Shown in pieces: positions 22,869-35,000 of a stretch of DNA of 64,000 nucleotides. This stretch comes from Podarcis erhardii (lineage: Eukaryota). The notes under the pieces are model-generated. The model was not told the DNA's origin. It did not search any database and worked only from the letters and a program-made list of their open reading frames with translations. Location: assembly GCA_964252035.1 (NCBI GenBank), contig OZ176204.1, one strand, 5' to 3'. Positions within the stretch are counted from its first letter, which is position 1, and every line of letters starts with the position of its first letter. A program made the translations under genes and the position numbers.

Positions 22869-23742
22869 CCGTATTTTTCGCCCCATAGGACACACTTTTT
22901 CCCCTCCAAAAATGAAGGGGAAATGTGTGTGCGTCCTATGGGGCGAATGCAGGCTTTCGCTGAAGCCTGGAGAGCGAGAGGCATCGGTGCGCACCAACCC
23001 CTCTCGCTCTCCAGGCTTCAGGAAGCTATCCGCAAGCCTTGCAAGCTCGGCGGGAGTTCCCGCAGGCTCACAAGGCTTGCGGGCAGCAGCCTGCAGCTCC
23101 GGCGAGTGTCCACAAGCCTTGCGCGCCCGGCAGGTGGTACTGCCGAGCGCACGAGGCTTGGGGCAGCAGCCTGCCGCCCGAAGCACGGGGAGCCCTCCGG
23201 AGGGCTCCCCGTGCTTCGGGCGAGTGTCCGCAAGCCTTGCGCGCCCGGTGGGAGGTCCTGCCGGGCGCGCAAGGCTTGGGGCGGCAGCCTGCAGCCTGAA
23301 GCACGTGGAGCCCTCCGGAGGGTGCCCCGTGCTTCGGGGAGGTGTGCACAAGGCTTGGGGCGGCAGCCGCGGCTGGGGGGGGGAATAAATTTTTTTTATT
23401 CATTTCCCCCCCCAAAAAAAAAACGCAAGCTCCGGGGACAGCTGGGAGGCGCAGCGCGTCTTCCCGCTGTCCCCGGACCTGGTCTGCAGGTGGGCGGCAG
23501 GGAGAAGAGCGCTTCTCCCCGCTGCCAGCCCCGCAAGCTCCGGGGACAGCTGGGAGGCGCAGCGCGTCTTCCCGCTGTCCCCGGACCTGGTCTGAAGGCG
23601 GGCGGCGGGGAGAAGAGCGCTTCTCCCCGCTGCCGGCCTCACAAGCGCCTGGGGGGGAAATAATTTTTTCCCCCTTTATTTCCCCCCCAAAAAACTTGGT
23701 GCATCCTATGGGCCGGTGCGTCCTATGGGGCGAAAAATACGG
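22869..23742. mobile_element. 874-bp TA-flanked non-autonomous DNA transposon (Tc2/pogo-like TIR) filled with GC-rich hairpins
   Basis: TA|CCGTATTTTTCGCCCCATAGGAC ... GTCCTATGGGGCGAAAAATACGG|TA; 23-bp perfect TIR; no transposase ORF. Confidence 0.85.
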
Positions 23743-24043
23743 TACCTCAACAAGTTATTTGTGAACTACAAAAATGGAGATGATCCAAACTGCAACCAAC
23801 AGAATGGTAGAAGAACCTAGCTTCACATGGCATGCTTGGTCAAAGTAACAGACGTCTAGGCTGAGCATTATTACAATGTAACACATGGTTATCGAACAAA
23901 CATCTGCATCTGCAAGGGAAGTAGTGATATGTTGGAAACTTAGTAGAAAGGAAAGACAACTTACTTAGCAAGGTATATGCAAGGAAGAACTCATTCATTG
24001 TAACAAGTAACTTGGGTAACTGCTTTTCCCACTTCCATTATAA

Positions 24044-24369
24044 CAGGGGTTGGCAAGGCTTACCAGCCACGGGCCGGATCACTCCCGTGGAGATGGTCCG
24101 TGGGCTGGACCGGCACAGCACGATGCTGGAAATCACGTCTGCGCATGCCCAGATGCCAAAAATTGCACCTGCGCGGAAGCGATTTTCAGTGTCTGGGCAT
24201 GTGCAGAAGTGATTTCCAGTATCTGCATGTGCGCAGACATGATTTCTGGCGACGCTTGGACACTCACTGCACAGTGCGCGGGGGACTCGCCGAGCGGGTG
24301 GCTCGTGAGCCAGTAAAACGGTCTTCGTGGGCCGCATCCGGCCCTTGGCCCACACGTTGCCAACCCTTG
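24044..24369. mobile_element. 326-bp hAT (Charlie-like) MITE
   Basis: 8-bp TSD cattataa at 24036-24043 and 24370-24377. TIR CAGGGGTTGGCAA/TTGCCAACCCTTG. Confidence 0.85.
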
Positions 24370-25607
24370 CATTATAACATACAAAGTATTGCACATATGC
24401 ATGAGCATGGTCCATGTGTATCTGATCCTTTGCTAAACCATGTCCTGTCATTTCAGTGTATCAATATAAATTGACAGTATTGACAGTATTGCATTGACAG
24501 TATCCCTGTTTCACTCTTATGTGACATTGCTAGATGGACTTCAGTCATGCAGACTACAGAGCCTACATGGGTCTTGTACTGCCAGAACTCGGAGTTAAGG
24601 CTGAACCTCATATGAACCTCAAAATAATTATCACAGAGATGTGGGCTAAGTGACACATTGCTATGCTAACCCCTGCACAGAATCAAATTTGTTGAAAGAA
24701 TGAAACACCTACATGCACACTTGTACATAATTCATTCAAGATTTTTTTTATTTGATGCTTGAATTGTTTCACTGCAGTTTATAAATCTAAAAAAAAATAA
24801 ATATTTCACAGCTGAAAGTCACATACTATCCATTAACATGTAAACATTCAGGAACTTAAGCCAGCCCCCACCCCATCAATCCTCATGTTCAATTTGGTAC
24901 CATCAAGAGATGTCTTACTGAAATCCAAAAAGTCTTTTAAAAAGAGAGCATTTAACAATTATCTGAAAAAGTGTAAACTGAACCAGAACTGCAAAACTGC
25001 TCTTTCAACATTTGTGAATGGGAACAAAAGGATAAAGTTCTCAGCTCTACTGAAGGTAAAAGGCAAAAAGTGGAGCTGAAGCCAGGCATTCCTTGATTAT
25101 TCTAATTACCAACAGTTGCCAAGGATTGAATTCCAAGATTAAATAATGGGTTCCATTCATAATTTTAACAACTGATAGTTGCTTCATGCTGCCATGAGAT
25201 TATCAGACAAATTATCTTTCACATTGTCTTGATCTCTTTTTTTATGTTAACAGGAGCCATATTTGTTCCAGTATGAAAGGGTTGACATAAAATTTATGGC
25301 TCCTCATTAGATTTTTACAAAAAGACAAGAGATGCATATCTCTTAATTTATCAGCTCAAATGTTAACGCCTTTTGGGTGTGTGTCTGTTTTTATAAAATA
25401 AGCCCCAATTCAGTTACAAGCAATAGATACTCTACTGCTATTGGAGCATGGGTATTTTATTACAAAAAAAAATTATTTACAAAATGAAAAACCTAATGTG
25501 ACAGTTGCAGTGATTGGGGGGGGGGGCAGTAAGCACACCTTACACACACACAGCAAGTCATTTTGCAATATGTGAAGTACTAAAATTTAGTTAGTGAAAC
25601 CATTGCT

Positions 25608-25632
25608 TTTATTCCAAAGTTGAATTTTTATT
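25608..25632 (-). terminator. HERC4 proximal polyadenylation signals (two AATAAA on the minus strand)
   Basis: tttatt on + at 25608-25613 and 25627-25632. Further candidates near 25455 and 24747-24752 suggest alternative polyadenylation. Confidence 0.5.
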
Positions 25633-25852
25633 AAGATGGCAAAATGTGGCTCCAGCATTCATATCAAGACAGTTTATTAGTGTAAGGATTTTTGGCTGCC
25701 ATTAGAGGATCCGATCACTGAACATGTTTACAAGCATTTCTTATAATAGCTCCGCTGCCAGGCTTTTCACCTAATGTGACACTGCAAGATAGATGCAAAA
25801 TTAGTTCAATGTTCCCACGTTAAAGAGTTGCTGTGTTCTTAGCCTCTGCAAG

Positions 25853-26061
25853 TTATACTAAATTGAAACCTTCATTGTGATCAATAGCTTGGATCAGCTT
25901 AGATCTGAGTATTTCTTTATCTGTATATTTTGGAAGATCAAGAAGATTAAAACATGTGTGAGACACTGGGAGATACTCATCACCACCTCCAGTCGGCTGA
26001 ATGACAAGACTAAGGCTCTTCATCCCAAGAATAGGAATACGATCACTGCCTGTCAAAAATA
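25853..26061 (-). CDS. HERC4: HERC4 last coding exon (catalytic Cys)
   Basis: [17 protein letters not shown]...[16 protein letters not shown]...HNEGFNLV*; 209 nt. Confidence 0.96.
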
Positions 26062-29000
26062 CTACCAAGAAAATATAAATAAGTAAGAAGCCTGGGTACA
26101 AAGGCCAAAAATGTAGTGCTGTGCTATAATTTTCATTTTACTTTTTAGACTGATATAGCCCAAATCTAAAATTCTGAAAATGTAAGGCAGTTATAGCCAT
26201 ATGAAATTGTTTATAGTTCATTGTTTTTGCTTAAAGTTATTGTAAACAAATTTTATAGTTTAGAGAACTTATTTATTATATTTGTTCATTGCTTCACCCA
26301 GAGGTTCTTTGGGGGAACAATATAACTAAAAACAGAAACTCCATATAACACCCCCCGAGTCCAACCCTAAAAAACAAGTGTGGTGTGAAGTGATTTAATT
26401 AAGTTAACATTTTCTCTTGGCTAAAGAAATAATTATTTGCTTGGAAACAGGTGTGCTTACACCTAAAGCAAGGTTTTCAACCTTTAATGAATCATATCAA
26501 ATCAAGCAGAGCAGCTGCATGAGTGCTTTCAACTGGTATGATATGTTTCACCAGAAACAGCTGCAGTTAAACTATTCATATATGTGCCTGTATGCATGTT
26601 AGGGTGCTCACACATTCAAAACTCAGGGCAGAATCCAGACTTAAGTTAACTTAGGTCCTACTGAAATCAATGAAGTGAGCCAAGTCATGATGCATGTTGT
26701 GCTTCATTCCCATTGAAACCAGGCAAAAAAAGTCTGGATCCAACATTTGAAACATAAGTGAATAAGCAACTTGCAGACCTAATCCTAGTAATTGTTGTTT
26801 ATTTCTGTTAAAAATATTCATTTTTTAAAAAAGTGAAAATGCAAATTCTCCCTTGGACAGAATCCAAAGTCAACTTAGCATTTTAACCATTCAAAAAAAC
26901 CAAACCCAACACTAACGCTTGGGCTTAGCACGACATGTAAACCAGGTCTACACTGTAGTTTAGCATTACGTGCATGAACAGCACTGAGCCTCATGCTCAC
27001 ATTCATAGGTGCCAACTCCCTGGGGCCCTGGGTGCTTGAGCACCCACAAAATTCCCATGAAGGGGGCAGGCACCCACAAATTTTGGTGCCAGGGCCAAGC
27101 TGGCACTCCTGCCTGCATTTTCCCCTAACCTCCAGTCCTGAAGTGATTAGAAGAAACTGCTGCTGCCGCTCTTAAACTGAAGTTCTTACTTCCAAATTTG
27201 GGGACAGATTACACTATAACTTGATAACAAGACAGGATCATAAACTGCATATTGATCCTGGCTTGTCTGAACACGCCACAGCTAAACTAACCACAGTTCC
27301 AAGTTTGGATGTAGGTTGTTTAAAACCATAGGTAGATCCTTCCGATAGCCGGCTATGCTGAAGGAAGCTCCACAGGCCCGAGGCTCACTGCTGCTTAGCA
27401 TATAGTGCTAAATTATGACCTAGTGTTACATGAAAAATAAGCCAGTGGTAACAATTGCTCTAGAGTTCCTATTTAGATTTCTTATTTTCTTACACAGTTT
27501 TGTATACTTACATAAAAACTGTTTCTTCTTCTCCAGTGGTAACTCATGAAAAACTTCCCAGAACATTTTAATTGTTGGATTCTCTGCCCAATATTCTCCT
27601 TTGTATTGAGTATTCTAAGAACAACAAATCAAAATCACAATATATCCCCCTCAAATTTACAAATAAAATGTTGTATATTGAACAAACAAAAATACCTATG
27701 CGTAAACGTATTTATAGAATTTTATGTATTTTAGTGTTTTTCTACATAATACAGAAAAGCTCTATTTTGGACAATCGCTTAATTATACAGGATTCTTTAG
27801 TGTTCAGTTGTTGCTAATGTCTGGACTAGTAACATACCTTCTCTAGTTCTTTCCAATCATAGTTTGTATTCCCAATCACCATTGCTTGCAGTTCGTTGGG
27901 CTGGAAGAGCTGCAGAACTTTACCTCCACACACCTTGTGAAAGCCTGCATGGAATGCGTCATAGAGAGGAGCCACAGATTTATTGAAGATGTAGTCCACG
28001 TAGGCATTCACAAACTCTTGCCTAAAGAGCAAATGAGAAGAAAAGGCACCATGTTTTCAGAAGATGAGAATGTTCAACCAAAACTCCACTAGCAATGAAC
28101 AGCAACCATTTTAACCCTGTCAACAATTATCTTCAGATAGCTCCTAGTTAAGAACTATAACATGAATGTCACAATGAATCCAGCATACAAGGCAAAGAGG
28201 GGAGGCATGAGAAAGGAACAGGCAAGTTTGACACTAATTTCTGACTTCTTAAGCTATGGTTTATGAAGCCAGGAAAGATAATTCAAATGCTGCCAATGTC
28301 TTGGTGGCTGCAGTAAGGAACCACCAAGAAGAGCAGCGGAAGGAGGGCAAAACTCATTTCTTAAAATATTTTGCCTGTTTATCACCACCACAACAAAGAA
28401 AGAAAAAGAGAAAGAGAAAGAGAAAGAGAAAGAGAAATTTCTTTTGCAAGATTACAGGTTTGGAATAAATATCTCAGAAGTTGGGTGTAACTCCCCACCA
28501 CACCCACACCCCTTATAGTTCAATTCTGAGTTAAGAACCTGCATGACATGAAAAAAGTATTTCTCACTGATAAAATTGCAAAGGCAAACTATTCTGTCAA
28601 CCTACCATGCTAAAACTTACCTATTTTGTTTGACGACAGGAATATCAGTACCATTAGGAATTAGCTCCTTAACTTCCGTGGTACCAAAATTTTCAACAGT
28701 GATCTGTTTAGAACATGAGCGTGTATTTTACTTTTTGTTGCAGAATAGAATCTATAATTCAATACAGGAAAGCGAAGCATGCTATACAAAGCCTAGCATT
28801 TTAACAGGAAAAGAGAGACTCGATTACATATTATTACTCCTTACACTGGCATTAAAAAAGTGGCAATGGATGATCTCACACTTACTGTAAAGTTGAGGCA
28901 GAAGGTATCCTCTATATCATCTTCTGGGTAGTCCAATAATTGCTGCATACTCCTGAGAATAAAATGTCTCTCATCGCAAGTTGTAACAGCACAATTTATT

Positions 29001-32000
29001 CAGAAACTTACAGAACTGAAATGGTTTTATATTCTTCCATAGAAATTTACAGTTTAGATTAGCAAAAATCTAGCAGCTACTGAGAAGTCAATATCTGTTC
29101 AAGTTTTTTTGCCCTGGAAGGATTTCAATCCTAAAAAACCTACATTTGTTTCAAGTGTGTCAACTAGAAATAAAGACACTAAATCTTGTATCTCATCTCC
29201 TTAACAAGGTATTGAATTATTTCTTTGCACTGTGAAAGTTATGATGCACAGAAATGTTAATCTACTTACTGTACTTTCAGTTGTAATGTGCTCACCTGCC
29301 AACATCAGGCATTAGCTCTTTGAGGTCATCCAGGGAAGGTTTCTTGTTCAGGAGCTTCTTATATAAAGCCAAGGGGAAGTGAAGCTCTACAATAGTAAAA
29401 TTATATATTGCTAGCCCACAGACAACACCAATCAGATGAAACAAGTCACTGTCTTCAAAGGTCTGCAAATATGAAAAAACTGAAATTAAACTTTTAAAAG
29501 CTTACAAAAACATGCACATTGCTTTAGAGACCATGCTTGTATTCAACTGCTGCTAGACTTCAAGTGGAATCACAATAATTTTGCAAGCTAGTACACTCAG
29601 TTATTACTCATGTATATGTTTGAGGTTGGGATCTATAGGGTTAAAAACTCATCAAGCCATTTTTTCAAGGGTTACAGAAAAGGGTGTTTAATTGCTTTGT
29701 ATTTGATTTTGCAATCCCCTCTAGTGTAGCGAGGCAACAACTCAAGTGGCAAGCAACCAGTGTTTTGAGGGTTAGCATTCTAGAGAGAGAACTCCTGATG
29801 ATGGTTTTCTATGATCTGGTAACATCCTGTATTAATGCACTGTCCTTGGTGCTGCCTTTGAAGCAACTAGGAAAATTCAGCTAGTACGAAATACAATGCC
29901 TAGGTTACTAACAGAGACCAACTGAATATATATCTCACTCAACAGAAAACTGCACTAGCTGCATCTCTGGCACAGTTTAAGGTGCTGGTTCTTGCCTTTA
30001 GAACTTTAATCAGCTTAGGAGGACTGCTTTGTTCACAGGAACCTACAGCTCAAGTTCTAAGATCATCCTTGAAGTCCTTTCTCTGAGACATCTTGATGAA
30101 GCCAATTATGACAAAGGAAAAGGGTCTTTTCTGTTGTGGCACATCTGGTGTATAGTATTTCCGTGGGAAGGCTTTTTATCACACTACATTTGGATTTTTT
30201 ATTACACTACATGTGTTAAAAATGCTAGGGTGTCTGTTTTGTCACCAACAAGAGTTTTGTGAATGGCCACTGTTAATAATGTAATTGTGACTGATCATAT
30301 GTTCTACATTTCATTTCCCTCTAACCTCATGATTTATAATTCTTCTTCCAAACAACTCAGGTGAACACTTCATGTACCCGATGAAGTGATCTGTACTCCA
30401 TGAAAGCTTATGCCATAAGACTTTAAGATGCAGATACTTTTATTTTGGCCCCAACAGACTCTACAAAAACACAGCCATGCAGCACCCACAAAACACACTG
30501 ACTTAATCTAGTGCTGTTGTATTCATGGCCTTCTGTGACCACCAGGGAAAGGGGACAGAAATGAGCACATTCAGGATCAAGAGCAAACATAACAAATGCT
30601 ATCATAGACTAAAGGATGCAGTGTGCACTGGTGCAATTATATCATAGTAGTAATATTCTCAAAGATACCATAGGCTGAAAGTAAATCAAGATATTCATTT
30701 CCACTATAAATACACAAAATCCAACAAATTACATACCTTATCTGAGAACCAGATGAGCCTCGATTGTTCATCGTACCTGAACATTCCATACTTGGGATCT
30801 AACAGCTCTCTCATGATAAGCAAGAAAAATTCTTTGCGAACTCCTCCTGCATCAACAGCTTCTTCCCCTACAAAAATAACCTAACATTGGCAATGCAGTT
30901 AGAACATTACATTTTTAAAAAATAAAATACCACACATACTCATAGAATCATAGAATTGTAGAGTTGGAAGGGACCCTGAGTATCATCTAGAACAACCTCC
31001 TGCGATGCAGGAATATGCAGCTGTCCTGTAAGGGAATCGTACCTGCGACCCTGGCGTTATCAGCACCAGGCTCTAACCAACTGAGCTATCCACAAGTGCT
31101 CAATTTGTTACTTGGATAATGACATTTACAATAAGGAGTCTGAATAAAGGCCACTTCATACATTATATTTTAAAGTTGTAAAATGTGTTTTAAGTTTTTA
31201 TTATGTTTTTTATATATAAAAAAAATTATTATTATTATTATTAATGTGCTGGATGCCGCCCAGAGTGGCTGGGGAAACGCAGCCAGATGGGTGGGGGGAT
31301 AATAAATGAATGAATGGATGAATGAATGAACACGGCAAATGCATATTTGTAAAGACATACGTTATACAGGTATATATTATACAGGTACATTTTTCATTGA
31401 CCTGGAGCAGCCTCAAGTCTATGAATGAATGCTGAGGGGCAAGTTATGAATTATATGCAAGTGTGTATACTAAAGTTCCAACAATTAAAAAGAAAGAAAA
31501 TGCACCAAAAGGAGCCTTAGGTAGTTGTGATTTTGAATGATGGGAGGAAGCAAGTGCTGAACCCTTTCTTGGCCAGCTGTTCTTTGCTTAGAATTCTCCC
31601 TTCACCCAGTTCTAGGACAAATATTTCCCATGGGAAAAGCAGAGGGTAGGGGGTGGAGAAGAAGAGAAAACTGAAGGCCAGGTGTGCATCACAAAAAGGT
31701 AAACATGCATGCATATAGGCTATACCTTAAGAGGCTTCTTGTAGTCAACATTTTTTGTTTTTCTTAGGACTTCCATTGTATCCCCCACAATATTGTCTCT
31801 GCGCACAATTAAGATCAGACATGGATTGACAGATTCAAATACTGGGAGAAAAATAGATGAGAAATTCTGTCTGTGAGCCTGGTCAACAGCCATCTGGGAA
31901 AAACCAAGTAAAAACCTTAGTGGCAGCAGCAGTAGTAATAAACACTGGATGCTCAAGAGAATCTACAGTTCCTAGTAATATTTCTACCTTGTGATTATAC

Positions 32001-35000
32001 TAATGCAGTACTGCCTGAATCTTTGATATCCAAAGACACAGTTTTTCTTGATATCTGAACAACTGTGATACAAGCCAGTTAATATAAACAGGGCCTAAGT
32101 TATATCAATCCAGGAATAACTACAGTGTTTTAAAGTATTTTATTTTTAAATTACTGTTTTACCTGCATCTGTAAAACCGCATCTGTCTGCAAGAGTGTAG
32201 TCTTTGCCTGTGCATCAAACACAAATGGGTAGGTGCAAATTGTAACTGGCACATCTGCTAGCTAGAAAGGCAATAGAAAAAGCTGTTAGCATGTGCAGTA
32301 TTAGCAACAGTATATATACATTTTTTTTTGGCAGTTATGCAACATTTACTTGACAGAGAGATATAATACAGGATATCCAGCTTATGAAGAGGTTTATGTT
32401 TTTTAAACAGTTTTAGATATATCTAATCCATGTATTTATTGCAAGATTATCAGAATTCAAGGCCCATGGATAAACCTGATGTCAGAATCTTTGGGTCTAG
32501 TTTCCAAAACTTTACTGTGGGAATCAGATAACTTCTTACCTCATTTAATCCATGGCTGATATCCTACCAAAAGAGTGCATAAGAGGCAGCAGTAATTAAA
32601 AGGAAAAAAACACTGTTAGGTTCCTCTCCACTTTCCTCCACACCCCCAAAAGCCTTCATGCAGATGCCTGCATTTTTTTAAAAAAAGATGGGCACAGACT
32701 AATGCCTGTGTGGCATTCAGAGTAGAGCTATTGAAATTAATGAACCCAAGAGCTTCCTCTTGTCCTGCTGCTTCCCTGCCCTACCCCAAGCAAAACTGTT
32801 CTTTAGTACTCAAATGGAGCAAATAGCAAATGGTTTTTCCGTAGATTGCCCTTTGTTCCAATTTAAAGTTAAGAGCAGGTTTTCCCTGGGAAAGGAGCGG
32901 GACAAGGGGGAAACTGCTTGGGCCCATGCTTTCTAAGTGTGGACGAGCCCTAACTTAAGTCACTTTCATGAATGTCAATGGGTCTATTTTGAGCAAAATT
33001 TAGTTAAATACCTCTCTCTATGTCCTATGTACAGGGACGCGGGTGGCGCTGTACATAGGGTGGCGCTTTGCACGTCAAAGTTCAATTAGATAAATAGGTA
33101 CCACTCCGGCAGGAAGGTAAATGGCGTTTCCGTGCGCTGCTCTGGTTTGCCAGAAGCGACTTAGTCATGCTGGCCACATGTCCTGGAAGCTGGACACCGG
33201 CTCCCTCGGCCAATAAAGCGAGATGAGTGCCGCAACCCCAGAGTCTGCCACGACTGGACCTAATGGTCAGGGGTCCCTTTACCTTTATGTCCTATGTACA
33301 CAGAGAAGTGTAGAGAACAATGTATGCTAGTGCACATGGATTTCAGGGAGGTACATGGCATAACTGTGCCCACATACAGATTCACTGCTAATACATGCAT
33401 GTAGCCTCTACCAAAGTCATGCCTGGCACACATTCACTTCCACAAGATGCAGTGGTCGCTCCTTAGAAAACAGGGATAAATAAAAGTTCACAGAGAGGTT
33501 TGGTCCTAAACTGTGCAATTCTCCAACTTTAAGATTGGTTTATTCAAACATCTATCCCAGCTCATTTCTAAAGCTTTATTGTGGCCCACCTCCAAATTAT
33601 GACTAAACTATTAATGTGCCTAAAAACCAAATGTCACAGGCGCAAAAATCTAGCCTAGGTAGCTTTTTAGTTCTTTTCATCCTTCATCAACATGATGATA
33701 ATGGACACAGAGCACTCATGAGCACAACTTATCTATTCAATTAATACATTTATGAATAATCTTTTTCATTTTCAAAGTCTTAAAAAGCAGATTGCATTTC
33801 TCACAATCAGTATTCCGAAACCACAGATCCTATTTAACCTACACTGTTTCTAGGCTCTGCTCCAAGCCATTACAAAAATACTTCAGATGCCCGACTTGAG
33901 ATATATGAGCAGGGAAAGAAACACTTCTGAGCTAAAAATAAAATTGATACTTTAGGGAGTAGTATTAAATAAGGGTGGGGACCTTTCCTTTGAGAACATC
34001 ACGATTACTGAAGAGAATAAGTAAAAGAACAATGAATTATATGCACAATTGCAATAGTGGGATGTAGAATACAGGTATTCTCCCATAAAAGTAATATATT
34101 TGATTAACTCATGAGGAGAGATGCATGAGGGCAGATGATATTTTAAAAAGGTGTTAGTGTTTGATCACCATCATTTAATAAACCTGGAATTTTGGTTCCT
34201 GTTGCCTACATTAAATAGTTTCCAAAAATATTCTTGTTTGTTTAAAAGCCCAGCTCTATTACTCCCTTCAGTATAAATTAAGAATCCATGTTCTGACCCT
34301 GAGTGGTATCTCAATTAGTGTTTGGAAGCAAGAAGCAAACTAACTAGAAACTTAGATACCCAGCAAGTCTTTCATATATCCAAGCAACGCATTTACTTTT
34401 CAGTTCAGAGATGTGGCTGTGAGAAATCACCTCTGCTTGCACCCTATGGTCCAGTTCACACCAAACCAGGGGTGGTTAACCTGTTGCTCAACTACAACTC
34501 CCACCAGCCTCAGATAGCATCACCAATGATCAGTGGTGAGTCGTAGTTCAGGTTATTCATGTCTGTCACTATACCATGGCTTAGTGCTGCGTGAACAAAT
34601 CTCCCTGAAGCCTGAGCAAAGCATTGGCCTGCATGCTCGCCTCACCAATTCTTGTTAGGCCAGGAGAAGAACCTGCACCAAGTTTGGTTTTGCTTTTGAA
34701 CAGTCTAGGCTCAGTGCAAATGAATGGACTAGGGATTTTGGCGGTTAGCTTCAGGAATAACTCATGTGCCAAGATGTGACTGTGGTACAGCATGATTTGC
34801 CAGTATATCCAAACCAAGCAGTGCATCATTTGATGTACACTCTGTATTCTTTAAAGGAAAAGAAGAAAAACTAGCCCTCTCTAATGCTTATCAAAGACCA
34901 ACATTTTTACTCTGTATGGATGTAATGTTTCAGAAAACTTCATAAAAAGGACATTGTCCAGGAAAAACTAACAAGAAAAAGAAAACCCACAACCCAAAAC

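Noticed and set aside
23000-23640. Repeat-spacer-like look of the palindromic units (CRISPR-like)
   Set aside because: Eukaryotic locus. Units vary in length, the spacers are themselves repeated, no cas genes are present, and the block is bounded by TIRs and a TA TSD.
22671-23764. 330-aa, 217-aa and other ORFs over the hairpin MITE
   Set aside because: They arise from microsatellite and GC-rich tandem repeats. No DDE/DDD or HTH transposase motifs are visible.
31020-31091. tRNA-Ile-like sequence as a tRNA gene
   Set aside because: The T-loop is mutated (gtacgattc) and it is fused to a CR1-type tail, so it is a SINE head.
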